In this document: piece after piece, positions 34,137 to 44,959 of the stretch
How the letters are laid out: each line of letters begins with the position of its first letter
How positions within the stretch are numbered: position 1 is the stretch's first letter
Assembly: GCA_021286895.1 (NCBI GenBank)
Contig: JAJTBN010000001.1
Location: 705-64,704, forward strand
Direction of reading: 5' to 3'
Length of the DNA: 64,000 nt
Source of the DNA: Bacteroidota bacterium
Lineage (GTDB): Bacteria > Bacteroidota > Ignavibacteria > Tepidaquicellales > Tepidaquicellaceae
Program-made: the position numbers and the translations under genes
The notes under the pieces: model-generated
Told to the model about the DNA's origin: nothing
The model's database searches: none
What the model saw: the letters and a program-made list of their open reading frames with translations, nothing else

Positions 34137-36377
34137 ATGAAAAAAACACTGTTCGTCCTGATTTTGGCAGCGGTATTCTGCGGGCCGTCGTTTTCACAGT
34201 CGCCGCAGTCATATGTAATTTTAAATCCGAATAATATTTCGACGCATATTGTATCATCGGGAATATTCAATCAGGATATAACGTCGGCTAATGCCCCGGG
34301 TTTTCAGTGGCCCGGCGGGTCGCAAAGGTTCGCTATTTTCACATCGGGGTTTTGCATTGCTGCAAAGGTAAACGGCGCCCTGCTTCTGGCATCGGCTTCA
34401 TACCGGGGGGAATATTGCCCCGGGTTCACTGTTAACGGGGTGCCCGCCACGAACAGCGACTTTAAAATATACAAGGTAAGTTTCGGAGACGGACCTTCCA
34501 ATCCCGACTGGGTGAACTGGTACAAAATGGTTCCATACGGCGCGCCTTATGTCGACGTGAATCATAACGGTGTTTATGACAATAACATAGACACTCCAGG
34601 CGTGAAAAATGCACAGCAGACGATATTTGTCTGTATGACAGACGGGTTCGCATCAACCCATACTCAGGCGGAGGGGTTCAGCGGAGGTACTGCGCCATTG
34701 TTTTCTGAAATGCATATGACTTCATGGGGATACCAGAGAACAGGTTTTAATGATGTACAGTACATAAGATGGGAAATTATAAACAAAGGCACAAACAGAT
34801 GGGATTCTACATACATGGGGATTTTTTCGGACCCGGATTTGGGAGATGCGGTAGATGATTTCATCGGATGCGACACTATAAGGCAGATGGGTTATTGTTA
34901 TAACGCGGATAATATGGACGGCACAGGAAATCCGCCGTCATACGGCGCAAACCCGCCCGCTGTGGGAATGATTCTTCTTAAAAGCTGCGTAGAGAATAAT
35001 GTTACGCCGCCTAATCGTTTAAGATTAAAATCATTTACACAGTTATTATGCGGCGGATGCGGGCCGTCGTGCGAATGGACTCCTTCGACTCCTCCGGAAG
35101 CATACCTCTTTCTAAAAGGCCGCAAAAAGTCAGGAACATATTTTATGAACCCCACGACTACTCCTCCTTCGAGAACAAAGTTCTGCTATTCAGGAGACCC
35201 TGAAACAAATGAAGGCTGGACCGAATTTAGAGGCTCAATTCTGAACTGCACAGGAGATACGGGCACAGTAGTCGCGGTAAATACAGGCGGCGACAGAAAA
35301 TTTCTTTTAGGTTTCGGTTCGGATAACCTTTCGATAAATTCCGGAGACACACAGAGAATAGCGATGGCGCAGCTAATCGCTCGCGGAACAAACAACCTGA
35401 ATTCCGTTACGCGCCTGAAAACTCTTGCGGATTTTGTAACGTCGTATTACAATTCCACGTTTGAATTTCATACAATAACGGGGACTGTCAGATACCTTGA
35501 CAACAACCAACCTGTAACTTCCGGAATAGTCAAGGCTGTGAAACTGGACCGTTCGACTGGAAGCGTACTTGTTCTTGATTCGGCGTATGTATCAAACGGC
35601 ACGTATATGCTGGGTCACGTTCCTCAGGACTCGGTTGATATAGGCTTATATCCGGTAACAACACCGCCGAGAGATTTTCTTATAAGTTATTATCCCTCCA
35701 CCATTTACTGGCAGGACGCGGTTACTCTCTATCCCGAAGAAAACCTGACAAACGTAAATCTTAACGCGATAAGAATTGAAGAGACCACATCAGGCAATTC
35801 AGTGAACGGAAAAATAACTGGTCTGGGCGAAATGTTTGCCGGGCCTTTAAAGGATGCGAATGTTTACGCAAAGAACGGAAATACATTCGTAAGATGCGCG
35901 ACATCAGACGCGAACGGATTATACCACATTACTTCACTTCCTTCGGGCACTTTGAAAATAATCGTTGACAGGATGGGATACAGACCGGACAGCACGAACG
36001 TAACGATTACGTCAACAGGCAATATAGATTCTGTTAATTTTTATCTGAACAGAATTTATGTTGGAGTGAAACAAACGGAAACTCAAATACCTTTGGGTTT
36101 TAATCTCGAACAGAATTTTCCGAATCCGTTCAATCCAGTAACAAACATAAAATTCGGTATTCCGGCAAACGGGTTTGTAAAGCTTACGGTATACAACATT
36201 CTGGGGCAGGAGACGGCAACGCTGATAAACGAAACAATGTCAGCGGGTAGTTATGAGGTATCATGGAACGCATCGGCTTATCCCAGCGGCGTGTATTTTT
36301 ACAGAATGCAGTTCAGGAGTGTCTCGGGAATAACGGGTGACTTCATACAAACACGGAAAATGGCACTGATTAAGTAA
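34137..36377 (+). CDS. Secreted protein: ~430-aa N-terminal region of unknown function, a shared carboxypeptidase-regulatory-like module and a T9SS C-terminal sorting domain
   Basis: Signal peptide. The C-terminal ~300 aa are paralogous to the same part of 30313-32811 (LYPVTTPPRDFLISYYPST in both). Ends with FNLEQNFPNPFNPVTNIKFGIP...GVYFYRM. Confidence 0.75.
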   Translation: MKKTLFVLILAAVFCGPSFSQSPQSYVILNPNNISTHIVSSGIFNQDITSANAPGFQWPGGSQRFAIFTSGFCIAAKVNGALLLASASYRGEYCPGFTVNGVPATNSDFKIYKVSFGDGPSNPDWVNWYKMVPYGAPYVDVNHNGVYDNNIDTPGVKNAQQTIFVCMTDGFASTHTQAEGFSGGTAPLFSEMHMTSWGYQRTGFNDVQYIRWEIINKGTNRWDSTYMGIFSDPDLGDAVDDFIGCDTIRQMGYCYNADNMDGTGNPPSYGANPPAVGMILLKSCVENNVTPPNRLRLKSFTQLLCGGCGPSCEWTPSTPPEAYLFLKGRKKSGTYFMNPTTTPPSRTKFCYSGDPETNEGWTEFRGSILNCTGDTGTVVAVNTGGDRKFLLGFGSDNLSINSGDTQRIAMAQLIARGTNNLNSVTRLKTLADFVTSYYNSTFEFHTITGTVRYLDNNQPVTSGIVKAVKLDRSTGSVLVLDSAYVSNGTYMLGHVPQDSVDIGLYPVTTPPRDFLISYYPSTIYWQDAVTLYPEENLTNVNLNAIRIEETTSGNSVNGKITGLGEMFAGPLKDANVYAKNGNTFVRCATSDANGLYHITSLPSGTLKIIVDRMGYRPDSTNVTITSTGNIDSVNFYLNRIYVGVKQTETQIPLGFNLEQNFPNPFNPVTNIKFGIPANGFVKLTVYNILGQETATLINETMSAGSYEVSWNASAYPSGVYFYRMQFRSVSGITGDFIQTRKMALIK

Positions 36378-36395
36378 CATGGCGGTTACTTCCTC

Positions 36396-36431
36396 AGGGG
36401 GAACGGTTCAAACGGACTGTTCCCTTTTTTA
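36396..36431 (+). terminator. Intrinsic terminator
   Basis: GGGAAC pairs with GTTCCC and is followed by a T6 run, 20 nt after the stop codon. Confidence 0.5.
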
Positions 36432-36550
36432 ATGCGGAATGGGCAATTTTATCACGGAATGGAGTAAATTTCGTTTTTTGATTATCAAAAATGCATTATT
36501 ATAGTTAAATTTACGTTTATAGTAATAAGTATATTAATTTATTTTAAAAT

Positions 36551-38683
36551 ATGAAAAAGCTTTTCTCCCTCGGAGCAGTCTGCATTTTAATCATTTCACT
36601 CTTTATAGCATCGAAACCCAAATCCGACAAGTTCGGAGACCCGCTTTTAAGAGCGCTTAAATCGGACGCAAAGACCAGTTACACGGTTTATGTATTTTTC
36701 AAAGATAAAGGACCCGAAGCGGATAAATACCTGCTTAACCAGACGGCGCTCGTAACGCAGCGTTCGCTTGAAAGGCGGGCGAAGGTTCTTCCTCCCGACA
36801 AACTTGTCGGGTTTGAGGACATTCCCGTTTACGGCGGATACATAGACAAAATATCTTCTCATACTATGAAGATAAGACACGCGCTTAAGTACGTAAACGC
36901 CGTGAGCGTTGAAGTGACCAAAGCGCAGATTTATTCAATAGCCGATTTTGACTTCGTTCAGAAAATGGACCTCGTAGAAACAATGGTAAGAAACAGAGAC
37001 TGCAGCGAAGAAGTAACAACAACCGACAATTCCGTCACGCCCCCGCAGGTCGACCAGCCTCTTACCGACTCGCTCAATTACGGTCAGGGATTGACGCAGA
37101 TTTCGCAGATTAACGTGAATCTTGTTCACAACGACGGAATCTACGGACAGGGTGTAATGGTCGCGAATTTTGATAACGGATTAAGACAGAGAAATCACGA
37201 TGTGTTCACGACATATCCGATGAACATATATAAACAGTACGATTTTCAGATACATGATACGACCGCGGGCCGTGTAGGTTCCGCGACATCGCACGGAACC
37301 AACACGCTTTCACTCGTTGGCGGATACAAACCCGGTCAGATGATAGGACCGGCCTTCGGTTCGATATTCATCGTAGCAAGAACTGAAGTTGATACGGATA
37401 ACTGGACAGCGGCCGCATACTGGGCGGACAGCCTTGGCGCGGACGTTGTGACAAGTTCTCTCGGCTATCTCGCATTCGATTCCGGTTATCCGGGCTGGAC
37501 ATGGCAGGATATGAACGGGCACACGCTTGTTTCAACTCTTGCCGCGGTGATGCTTCACAGGCACGGCGTGGTAGTATGCAATTCAGCGGGAAACAACGGA
37601 CAGAGCACAACGCAGAACACATTGAACAGTCCTGCCGACGCGGACAGTATACTTACAGTCGGCGCTGTAACTTCAACGGGGACGGTCGCGTCATTCAGTT
37701 CGAGCGGACCGACAACCGACGTACCGCCGAGAATCAAACCCGACGTTGACGCGATGGGAAGCGGAAATTACGTGGCATCGACTGGTTCGAACTCATCCTA
37801 TTCGACGGGTTCCGGAACATCATACTCATGTCCTATTACCGCGGGCGTATGCGCCCTGGTTCTTTCGGCGAACAAAAATCTGACAAATATGCAGGTGATA
37901 GGAATTATGAAAAGGCTCGCCAACAATTACAATTCGCCGAACAACAGCATCGGCTGGGGTATAATAAACGCGAGGACCGCGGTGGATTCGGCAAGGAAAC
38001 TCGACACTCAGGCGCCTACTATACTGCATACACAGCCGTTCACTTTGACGACAAACACGGGCATTATTACGATGAAGGCGAAAATAACGGATAACGGAAT
38101 AATAAGATATACGAGGACAGGCGAAGCGCCGAGACTTTATTACAGAACAAAAGCCGGTTCGGGCAATTGGAGCAATTACACGGGCGTAACGCAGTCAAGC
38201 AAGAACCTTGATACTTTTTATTTTGCGATTCCGGGAAACGCGCTCGGTACAACGGTTCAGTACTATTTTGCGGCGCAGGATATAGCGCTGCCGACTCCAA
38301 AAATTTCAACATTGCCGGCAGGCGGAAGCGGTATAAATCCTCCGGGTTCAACGGCGCCTACGACGGCTTTTCAGTACACGGTCGGCAATCCGTCATCGAT
38401 ATCCGGAAATGAAACTCCGGTTGAATACAGGCTTTTCGACAATTATCCTAATCCGTTCAATCCTTCGACGACAATTAAGTTTTCGGTGAAGGACAGGAAT
38501 GTGGTTACTATAAAAATATACGACATCAGCGGCAAGGAAGTTATGAGACTGCTGAATCAGCCGCTGGAAGCGGGAACCTACGAAATAAAGTGGGACGCGG
38601 CGAATTTCTCAAGCGGAATATATTTCTGCGCGATACAGGCGGGAAGTTTTAAAGACGTGAAGAGAATGACACTGATAAAGTAA
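36551..38683 (+). CDS. Subtilisin-like (S8) serine peptidase with T9SS C-terminal sorting domain
   Basis: Catalytic-triad contexts VMVANFDNGL (Asp), SHGTNTLSLVGG (His) and GSGTSYSCPITAG (Ser). An N-terminal propeptide-like region is present. C-terminal YRLFDNYPNPFNPSTTIKFSV...GIYFCAI. Confidence 0.85.
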   Translation: MKKLFSLGAVCILIISLFIASKPKSDKFGDPLLRALKSDAKTSYTVYVFFKDKGPEADKYLLNQTALVTQRSLERRAKVLPPDKLVGFEDIPVYGGYIDKISSHTMKIRHALKYVNAVSVEVTKAQIYSIADFDFVQKMDLVETMVRNRDCSEEVTTTDNSVTPPQVDQPLTDSLNYGQGLTQISQINVNLVHNDGIYGQGVMVANFDNGLRQRNHDVFTTYPMNIYKQYDFQIHDTTAGRVGSATSHGTNTLSLVGGYKPGQMIGPAFGSIFIVARTEVDTDNWTAAAYWADSLGADVVTSSLGYLAFDSGYPGWTWQDMNGHTLVSTLAAVMLHRHGVVVCNSAGNNGQSTTQNTLNSPADADSILTVGAVTSTGTVASFSSSGPTTDVPPRIKPDVDAMGSGNYVASTGSNSSYSTGSGTSYSCPITAGVCALVLSANKNLTNMQVIGIMKRLANNYNSPNNSIGWGIINARTAVDSARKLDTQAPTILHTQPFTLTTNTGIITMKAKITDNGIIRYTRTGEAPRLYYRTKAGSGNWSNYTGVTQSSKNLDTFYFAIPGNALGTTVQYYFAAQDIALPTPKISTLPAGGSGINPPGSTAPTTAFQYTVGNPSSISGNETPVEYRLFDNYPNPFNPSTTIKFSVKDRNVVTIKIYDISGKEVMRLLNQPLEAGTYEIKWDAANFSSGIYFCAIQAGSFKDVKRMTLIK

Positions 38684-38705
38684 TAAAGATATTATATAAA
38701 TGTTA

Positions 38706-38738
38706 AAGGCTGCGTGCTTTCGCACGCAGCCTTTTTAT
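38706..38738 (+). terminator. Intrinsic terminator
   Basis: AGGCTGCGTGC-TTTC-GCACGCAGCCT followed by a T5 run. Confidence 0.65.
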
Positions 38739-38740
38739 TA

Positions 38741-38940
38741 TAAAATGTAAAATGCAAAGTGTAAAAGTACAGTTGAAAATTAAAAGTTCATTCTTCGTCT
38801 CTTACGAAGTTTTCTTTTTTAAATGAAAAAACCGAGAGTCCCTCCGAAGAACATCGGAGGAGACTCTTGGAAACACCTGTAAACAAAAGTAACTTTTAAT
38901 TTTTACTTATACTTTTGCATTTTGAATTTTACACTCTCAA
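38741..38940. repeat. Composite MITE-like element: imperfect ~50-nt inverted arms (AAAATGCAAA...AAAATTAAAAGTT) flanking a GAGAGTC-family hairpin
   Basis: The left arm (38741-38795) aligns with the reverse complement of the right arm (38885-38940), with indels. The AACTTTTAATTTT word occurs in both arms and again at 10711. The central hairpin is at 38832-38870. Confidence 0.5.
38824..38872 (-). terminator. Intrinsic terminator of the heme operon, formed by the GAGAGTC-family hairpin
   Basis: The minus strand reads CCAAGAGTCTCCTCCGATGTTCTTCGGAGGGACTCTCGG followed by TTTTTT, about 70 nt downstream of the hemL stop. Confidence 0.6.
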
Positions 38941-40226
38941 CTATTTCGTCATGTTCAAAGCTTTGTATACTGCCTTAATCGTGTTGTCCAGTTCTTTCTT
39001 GCCGTGGCTTATTGAAATAAAGCAGGCTTCGAACTGTGACGGAGCAAGATAGATTCCGTTGAACAGCATTTCCCTGAAATATTTCGCGAACTTAACCGTA
39101 TTCGATTTTTTTGCCGCCGCGTAATCCGTAACGGGCGATTCGCTGAAAAACAGCGTGAACATTGAGCCTGCGCGGTTAAGCGTGTAGTTCAATCCGAGCG
39201 ATTTCACAGCGCCGCGTATTCCTTCTTCAAGATACGCGCTGCTCTTTTCGAGTTTCGAATAGAAGCTTTTATCCTTATCGATTATGTTCAGCGTTTCAAA
39301 TCCGGCCGCCATCGCGAGAGGGTTGCCTGAAAGCGTGCCCGCCTGATAGACGGGTCCGCTCGGCGAAATCATACTCATGATTTTCTTGCTGCCGCCGTAA
39401 GCGCCAACGGGAAGGCCGCCTCCGATAACTTTTCCGAATGTGGATAAGTCGGGTTTGATTCCGTAGATTTCCTGAGCGCCGCCTTTGGCGACACGGAAGC
39501 CTGTCATAACTTCATCAAAAATGAGCAGCGACTTTTCGTTTCTGCAAAGGTCTTTAAGTTCTCTCAGGAATCTTTTATCCGCTCTTACGCATCCCATGTT
39601 TCCCGCAATCGGTTCTATCATTACCGCGGCTATTTTATTTTTGTTCTCACGGAAAAGTTTCTTTACAGATTTAATATCGTTGTAAGCCGCGGTCAGGGTA
39701 TCTGTAGCGACGGCTTTTGTTACGCCCGGGCTGTCAGGGATTCCGAACGTGGCGGCTCCCGAGCCTGCTTTAATAAGAAATGAGTCGGCATGCCCGTGAT
39801 AGCACCCTTCGAATTTTATTATCTTGTTTCTTCCGGTATACGCCCTGGCAAGTCTTATCGCGCTCATCGTCGCTTCCGTGCCCGAGTTGACCATTCTTAC
39901 AAGTTCGAGAGAAGGAACGAATTTTTTTATGAGTTTCGCGAGTTTCACTTCTTCCGCGCAACAGGCGCCGAAACTCGTCCCGTTTTTCGCCATAGCGTTG
40001 ATTCTGCCGATGACTTCCTTTCTGGCGTGCCCGAGTATCATCGGTCCCCACGAGCCGACGTAGTCGATGAATTTGTTCCCGTCCTCATCGTACATGTAAG
40101 CGCCTTTTGCTTTGCTGATATAAAGCGGGTCGAGGCTGACAGACTTGAAAGCCCTTACAGGGGAATTTACTCCTCCGGGAATATGCTTCACGGCTTCCGA
40201 GAATAACTTTATGCTCTTTGTATATT

Positions 40227-40230
<4 letters not shown>
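38941..40230 (-). CDS. hemL: Glutamate-1-semialdehyde 2,1-aminomutase
   Basis: 429 aa. [13 protein letters not shown]-terminus and class-III aminotransferase motifs; the PLP lysine context is [10 protein letters not shown]. Confidence 0.92.
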
Positions 40231-41222
<992 letters not shown>

Positions 41223-41235
41223 AGTTATAAATAAT

Positions 41236-42606
41236 TTAATTTGTTGTTTGTGTTATTTTATCAGAGGTCGCGAAAGCGCTCTTTATGCAGTCGCAAACCG
41301 ATATTCCTTTGTAAAAATTACTGCAGAAAAATAATCCTTTGTGCTCGTTCATAAAAGATTCGATTTTTTCCGTTACCGCGTAATGATTTCTGCCGTACTG
41401 CGGAATGGCTTTTTCCCACCTCATTATTCTGCTGAAGCCGTTTCTGTTCTTTATTCCGATTATCGAGTCGAGTTCGTCCATGACGGCTTTAACGGATTCT
41501 TCGTCGCCGAGTTTTGTAAGTTCGGGAGAACGAGAACCGCCTATGAAATTCGTGAGCAGGTAATGCTCCGCGTCTGTTCTGTGTTCGAATATAATCGAAC
41601 TCCAGAGCGAGCCGAGGAATTTCCTGTTTTCCTTTTCAGGGATAAGAAATCCGAATCCGTCGAGATTAAAGCCGACGTCCTTCTTTTCAAACGCGGCAAT
41701 AATGACATTGACCGGCGGATAATAGATGTCTTTAAGCGTACGCGGCAAATCGCCCCTCATACCGGAAATCATATCCGCTGCCGCGTAAGCAGGGACGGAC
41801 AATACAAGATTTCCGGAGACAACACTTTTCAATTCTCCGCCAGCGGAGTAGTTTACAGTGTAATTTCCTCCGTCCGCGGATATATTATTCACGATGCAAT
41901 TAAACTCGATGTTTTCTTTCAGGTTTGAATAAAGCGCGTCGGTCAGTTCCTGCATTCCGTTGACGAAAGAAATTGTTTTCGCCGACTGCTTCGACTCCTC
42001 GTTTCTTTGTTTTCTTTCTTTTCTCGACTTGAACATTCCTCCTATAAGAGAGCCGTAATTCTGTTCGAGGTCGTACAATTTCGGGAAAGCGGTTTTCACG
42101 TTAAGATTCTCGGGGTTGCCGGCGAAGACGCCCGCCACAAAAGGATTTATTGCATAATCGAGAAATTCATTTCCGAGACGCCTTCTTGTGAATTCGGCTA
42201 TCGTTTCTCCGGGATGCGATTTCGATTTAATAAAAGGCTCTTTTAAAAGCCTGAGTTTCGCTTTTCCTGAAAAAAGTTTTGTCGTTAAAAAACCGCCGGG
42301 ACCCATAGGCAGCGGCATGATGGCGCCGTTCTTAAGTATGTATCTCTTGTTCGAACTTTGCGAGGCGAATATTTTCCTGTCGAGTATTCCGAGCATGTTC
42401 AAAAGGTCGTTTATCAGCGGCGTTGTTTCGAGCGTACTGTTTGGTCCATGTTCTACAAGGTGTCCGTTGATTCGTTCCGAGCGGATTGAGCCTCCGTACA
42501 TGTTAGTCTTTTCGAGTATCTTAACCGCGAAACCCCTGCTTTTTAAAAGATACGAGGTTGTAAGACCTGATATTCCCGCTCCTATTATGGTTACATTTTT
42601 ATTCAA
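41236..42606 (-). CDS. hemY: Protoporphyrinogen oxidase, FAD-dependent (HemY type)
   Basis: 456 aa with an N-terminal dinucleotide fold [17 protein letters not shown]...GG. Length and position in the heme operon fit. PgoX versus CgoX specificity was not resolved. Confidence 0.8.
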   Translation of the reverse strand: MNKNVTIIGAGISGLTTSYLLKSRGFAVKILEKTNMYGGSIRSERINGHLVEHGPNSTLETTPLINDLLNMLGILDRKIFASQSSNKRYILKNGAIMPLPMGPGGFLTTKLFSGKAKLRLLKEPFIKSKSHPGETIAEFTRRRLGNEFLDYAINPFVAGVFAGNPENLNVKTAFPKLYDLEQNYGSLIGGMFKSRKERKQRNEESKQSAKTISFVNGMQELTDALYSNLKENIEFNCIVNNISADGGNYTVNYSAGGELKSVVSGNLVLSVPAYAAADMISGMRGDLPRTLKDIYYPPVNVIIAAFEKKDVGFNLDGFGFLIPEKENRKFLGSLWSSIIFEHRTDAEHYLLTNFIGGSRSPELTKLGDEESVKAVMDELDSIIGIKNRNGFSRIMRWEKAIPQYGRNHYAVTEKIESFMNEHKGLFFCSNFYKGISVCDCIKSAFATSDKITQTTN

Positions 42607-43573
42607 GATTTTTTAATACTAAATTCTTAAGCGTTTTAATAAAAAAAGGAGAACCGTTCAGTCCTTCAGTCACAATGTAATTCTCCGCGCCCGCGTTCAT
42701 GGCTTCTTTCCTGTATTCTATGCCGAGTTCGAAAAGAGTCTCGAGGTGGTCGGAAACAAACGCGATAGGAACAACGAGGAGGTCTTTGTAACCTTCGTTT
42801 ATCGTTTCTTTTATCACGTCCTGCGTTGCGGGTGTAAGCCATTGCTGAGGCCCGACTTTAGACTGGTAACAGAGTTTATATTTTGTGATGCCACGTTTCT
42901 TAACGATAGCGTTTACCGTTTTCTTGATTTCGAATGAATAGGGGTCACCCTGTCTTACGAGTTTCATGGGAGTGCCGTGAGCACTGAAGAGAATAAACAC
43001 ATCTTTTATCTTTTCCGCGCCGAATTTAGCGAGTCCTTCATCTATTCTGTTTATAACCGCGTCAACATAATCCTCATTATCGAAATAATTTCTTACAAGA
43101 ACTGTTTTTCCCCTTAGGTCGGGAAATCTTGAAGTTGCCCGTTTCCATTCATTGTAACTCGAGCCGGTCGTAGAAGACGAATAATGCGGATAAAGAGGAA
43201 GCAAGACAACGTTTTTAAAATCGCCTTTTAGTATTTCTTCGACTGCCTGATGCGTGTAGGGTCTCCAGTATCTCATGGCGATGAAGACTTTGGCATCAAT
43301 TTCTTTGTTGAGTTCGGCTTCAAGCAAATCGGCCTGCAATTTTGTCAGTTCATATATCGGCGACTTGCCGCCGATTTCATTATACTGCTCAATGATTCTC
43401 GGCGCTCTTTTGCTTGAAATTGTATAAGCCAGCCATCTTCTGAAAAGAAAACTAAACGGGAAATTAATTATATCCGGGTCGTTGAAAAGATTGAACAAAA
43501 AAGGTTCAACGGCTTTATCCGAATCAGGACCGCCCAGATTGAAGAGCACTACCGCGGTTTTGTGTGTGTTCAT
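42599..43573 (-). CDS. hemH: Ferrochelatase
   Basis: 324 aa. TAVVLFNLGGPD N-terminus, LPLYPHYSSSTTGS, and the conserved His/Glu context FSAHGTP...SDHLETL. Confidence 0.9.
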   Translation of the reverse strand: MNTHKTAVVLFNLGGPDSDKAVEPFLFNLFNDPDIINFPFSFLFRRWLAYTISSKRAPRIIEQYNEIGGKSPIYELTKLQADLLEAELNKEIDAKVFIAMRYWRPYTHQAVEEILKGDFKNVVLLPLYPHYSSSTTGSSYNEWKRATSRFPDLRGKTVLVRNYFDNEDYVDAVINRIDEGLAKFGAEKIKDVFILFSAHGTPMKLVRQGDPYSFEIKKTVNAIVKKRGITKYKLCYQSKVGPQQWLTPATQDVIKETINEGYKDLLVVPIAFVSDHLETLFELGIEYRKEAMNAGAENYIVTEGLNGSPFFIKTLKNLVLKNLE

Positions 43574-44958
43574 ACCGTCTTTGAAAAAATTGGTTTCTCT
43601 TTCATAAGTTTGTCAAGATAAGCGTCGAAGCACATTGCGCTGTTTCTTATTATCAGTTTACCCGATTCGGCGATGCGAATAAAGCCGCCGTCTTCCGTTA
43701 CAAGTTTGTCTTCGTCAAACTGTTTTAACTGCTTTAATGATTCCGCGAAGTATTCATTGAAATTTATTCCGAATTCCTTTTCAATATCTTTCTTGTTAAC
43801 CTCAAGGTGGCACATGAGGTCCATAATGACTTTCTTTCTTATATGGTCGTCTTTGGTCATTCTGTATCCTGAAAATACAGCGAACTCTCCCTTGTCGATT
43901 TTCTCATAGTAATTCTTAAGGTCTTTGTGGTTCTGCGCGTAGATGTTCCTGAACTGGCTTATCGCGGACATGCCGTAAGCATAAACATCGCATCCGGCTT
44001 TTGTCGAATACCCCTGAAAATTCCTGTAAAGCGTCTTTGTCTTCTGCGCGACGGCGAGTTCATCGCCGGGTTTCGCGAAGTGGTCCATGCCTATATACCA
44101 GTATCCCGCCCCGATGAGTTTGTTTATCGTCATTTCGAGTATGCGCAGTTTTTCTTCCGGCGAGGGAAGGTCTTCGGGTTTAATGAGGTTCATGTGCTTC
44201 TTTATCCACGGCACGTGCGCGTAATTGAACACCGCGATTCTGTCGGGAGAAATTTCGATTACCTTGTCGAGAGTCGTTTCAAAACTTTTATAGGTCTGGA
44301 ACGGAAGTCCGTAAATCAGGTCGAGGTTTATGCTTTCGAATCCCAGTTCGCGCGACCAGTTAATCGCGTCCATCGTGATATTTTCGGGCTGAATTCTGTT
44401 TACGGCTTTCTGTACATCTTCGTTGAAATCCTGCACCCCCATGCTTATCCTGTTGAAACCGCAGTCGCGGAATGCCTGCATGTGTTCACGGGTAAGACCG
44501 CGCGGGTCAATCTCAACGCTGGCTTCGATATCGTCCGAATAAGTGAAATTGTTCTTGATATGCATTCCGACCTGGCGGATTTCGAAGGGTTCTAAGTATG
44601 AGGGCGAACCCCCGCCCCAGTGCAGCTGGGAAACTTTTCGTTTCTTAGAAATATATTTAAGCGACAGGTCTATTTCCTTTATAATGTATTCGTTGTATTT
44701 CTTTATGTTATCACGGTCGCGCGTGACGAGCATCGTGCATCCGCAGAAATAGCAGAGCGTATCGCAGTACGGGAAATGCATATACAGAGAAAGGTCGGAA
44801 GAATCTTCCGCTCCGTTAGTGGAGATGATTTCCTTTTTAAACTGCTCTGCGTCGAAATCGTGCGAGAACATAGGCGCCGTCGGATACGATGTGTATCTCG
44901 GTCCCTGCTTGTTGTATTTCGTCATCAGCGAAATATCCGTTTTATTAAACTGCTGCAT
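43570..44958 (-). CDS. hemN: Oxygen-independent coproporphyrinogen III oxidase (radical SAM)
   Basis: KYNKQGPRYTSYPTA N-terminus and the radical-SAM CxxxCxxC motif in YCDTLCYFCGC. The ATG at 44958 (MQQFNK) is preferred because it lies 1 nt after the hemE stop. The longer ORF to 45018 would overlap hemE by 59 nt. Confidence 0.9.
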   Translation of the reverse strand: MQQFNKTDISLMTKYNKQGPRYTSYPTAPMFSHDFDAEQFKKEIISTNGAEDSSDLSLYMHFPYCDTLCYFCGCTMLVTRDRDNIKKYNEYIIKEIDLSLKYISKKRKVSQLHWGGGSPSYLEPFEIRQVGMHIKNNFTYSDDIEASVEIDPRGLTREHMQAFRDCGFNRISMGVQDFNEDVQKAVNRIQPENITMDAINWSRELGFESINLDLIYGLPFQTYKSFETTLDKVIEISPDRIAVFNYAHVPWIKKHMNLIKPEDLPSPEEKLRILEMTINKLIGAGYWYIGMDHFAKPGDELAVAQKTKTLYRNFQGYSTKAGCDVYAYGMSAISQFRNIYAQNHKDLKNYYEKIDKGEFAVFSGYRMTKDDHIRKKVIMDLMCHLEVNKKDIEKEFGINFNEYFAESLKQLKQFDEDKLVTEDGGFIRIAESGKLIIRNSAMCFDAYLDKLMKEKPIFSKTV

Positions 44959-44959
44959 A

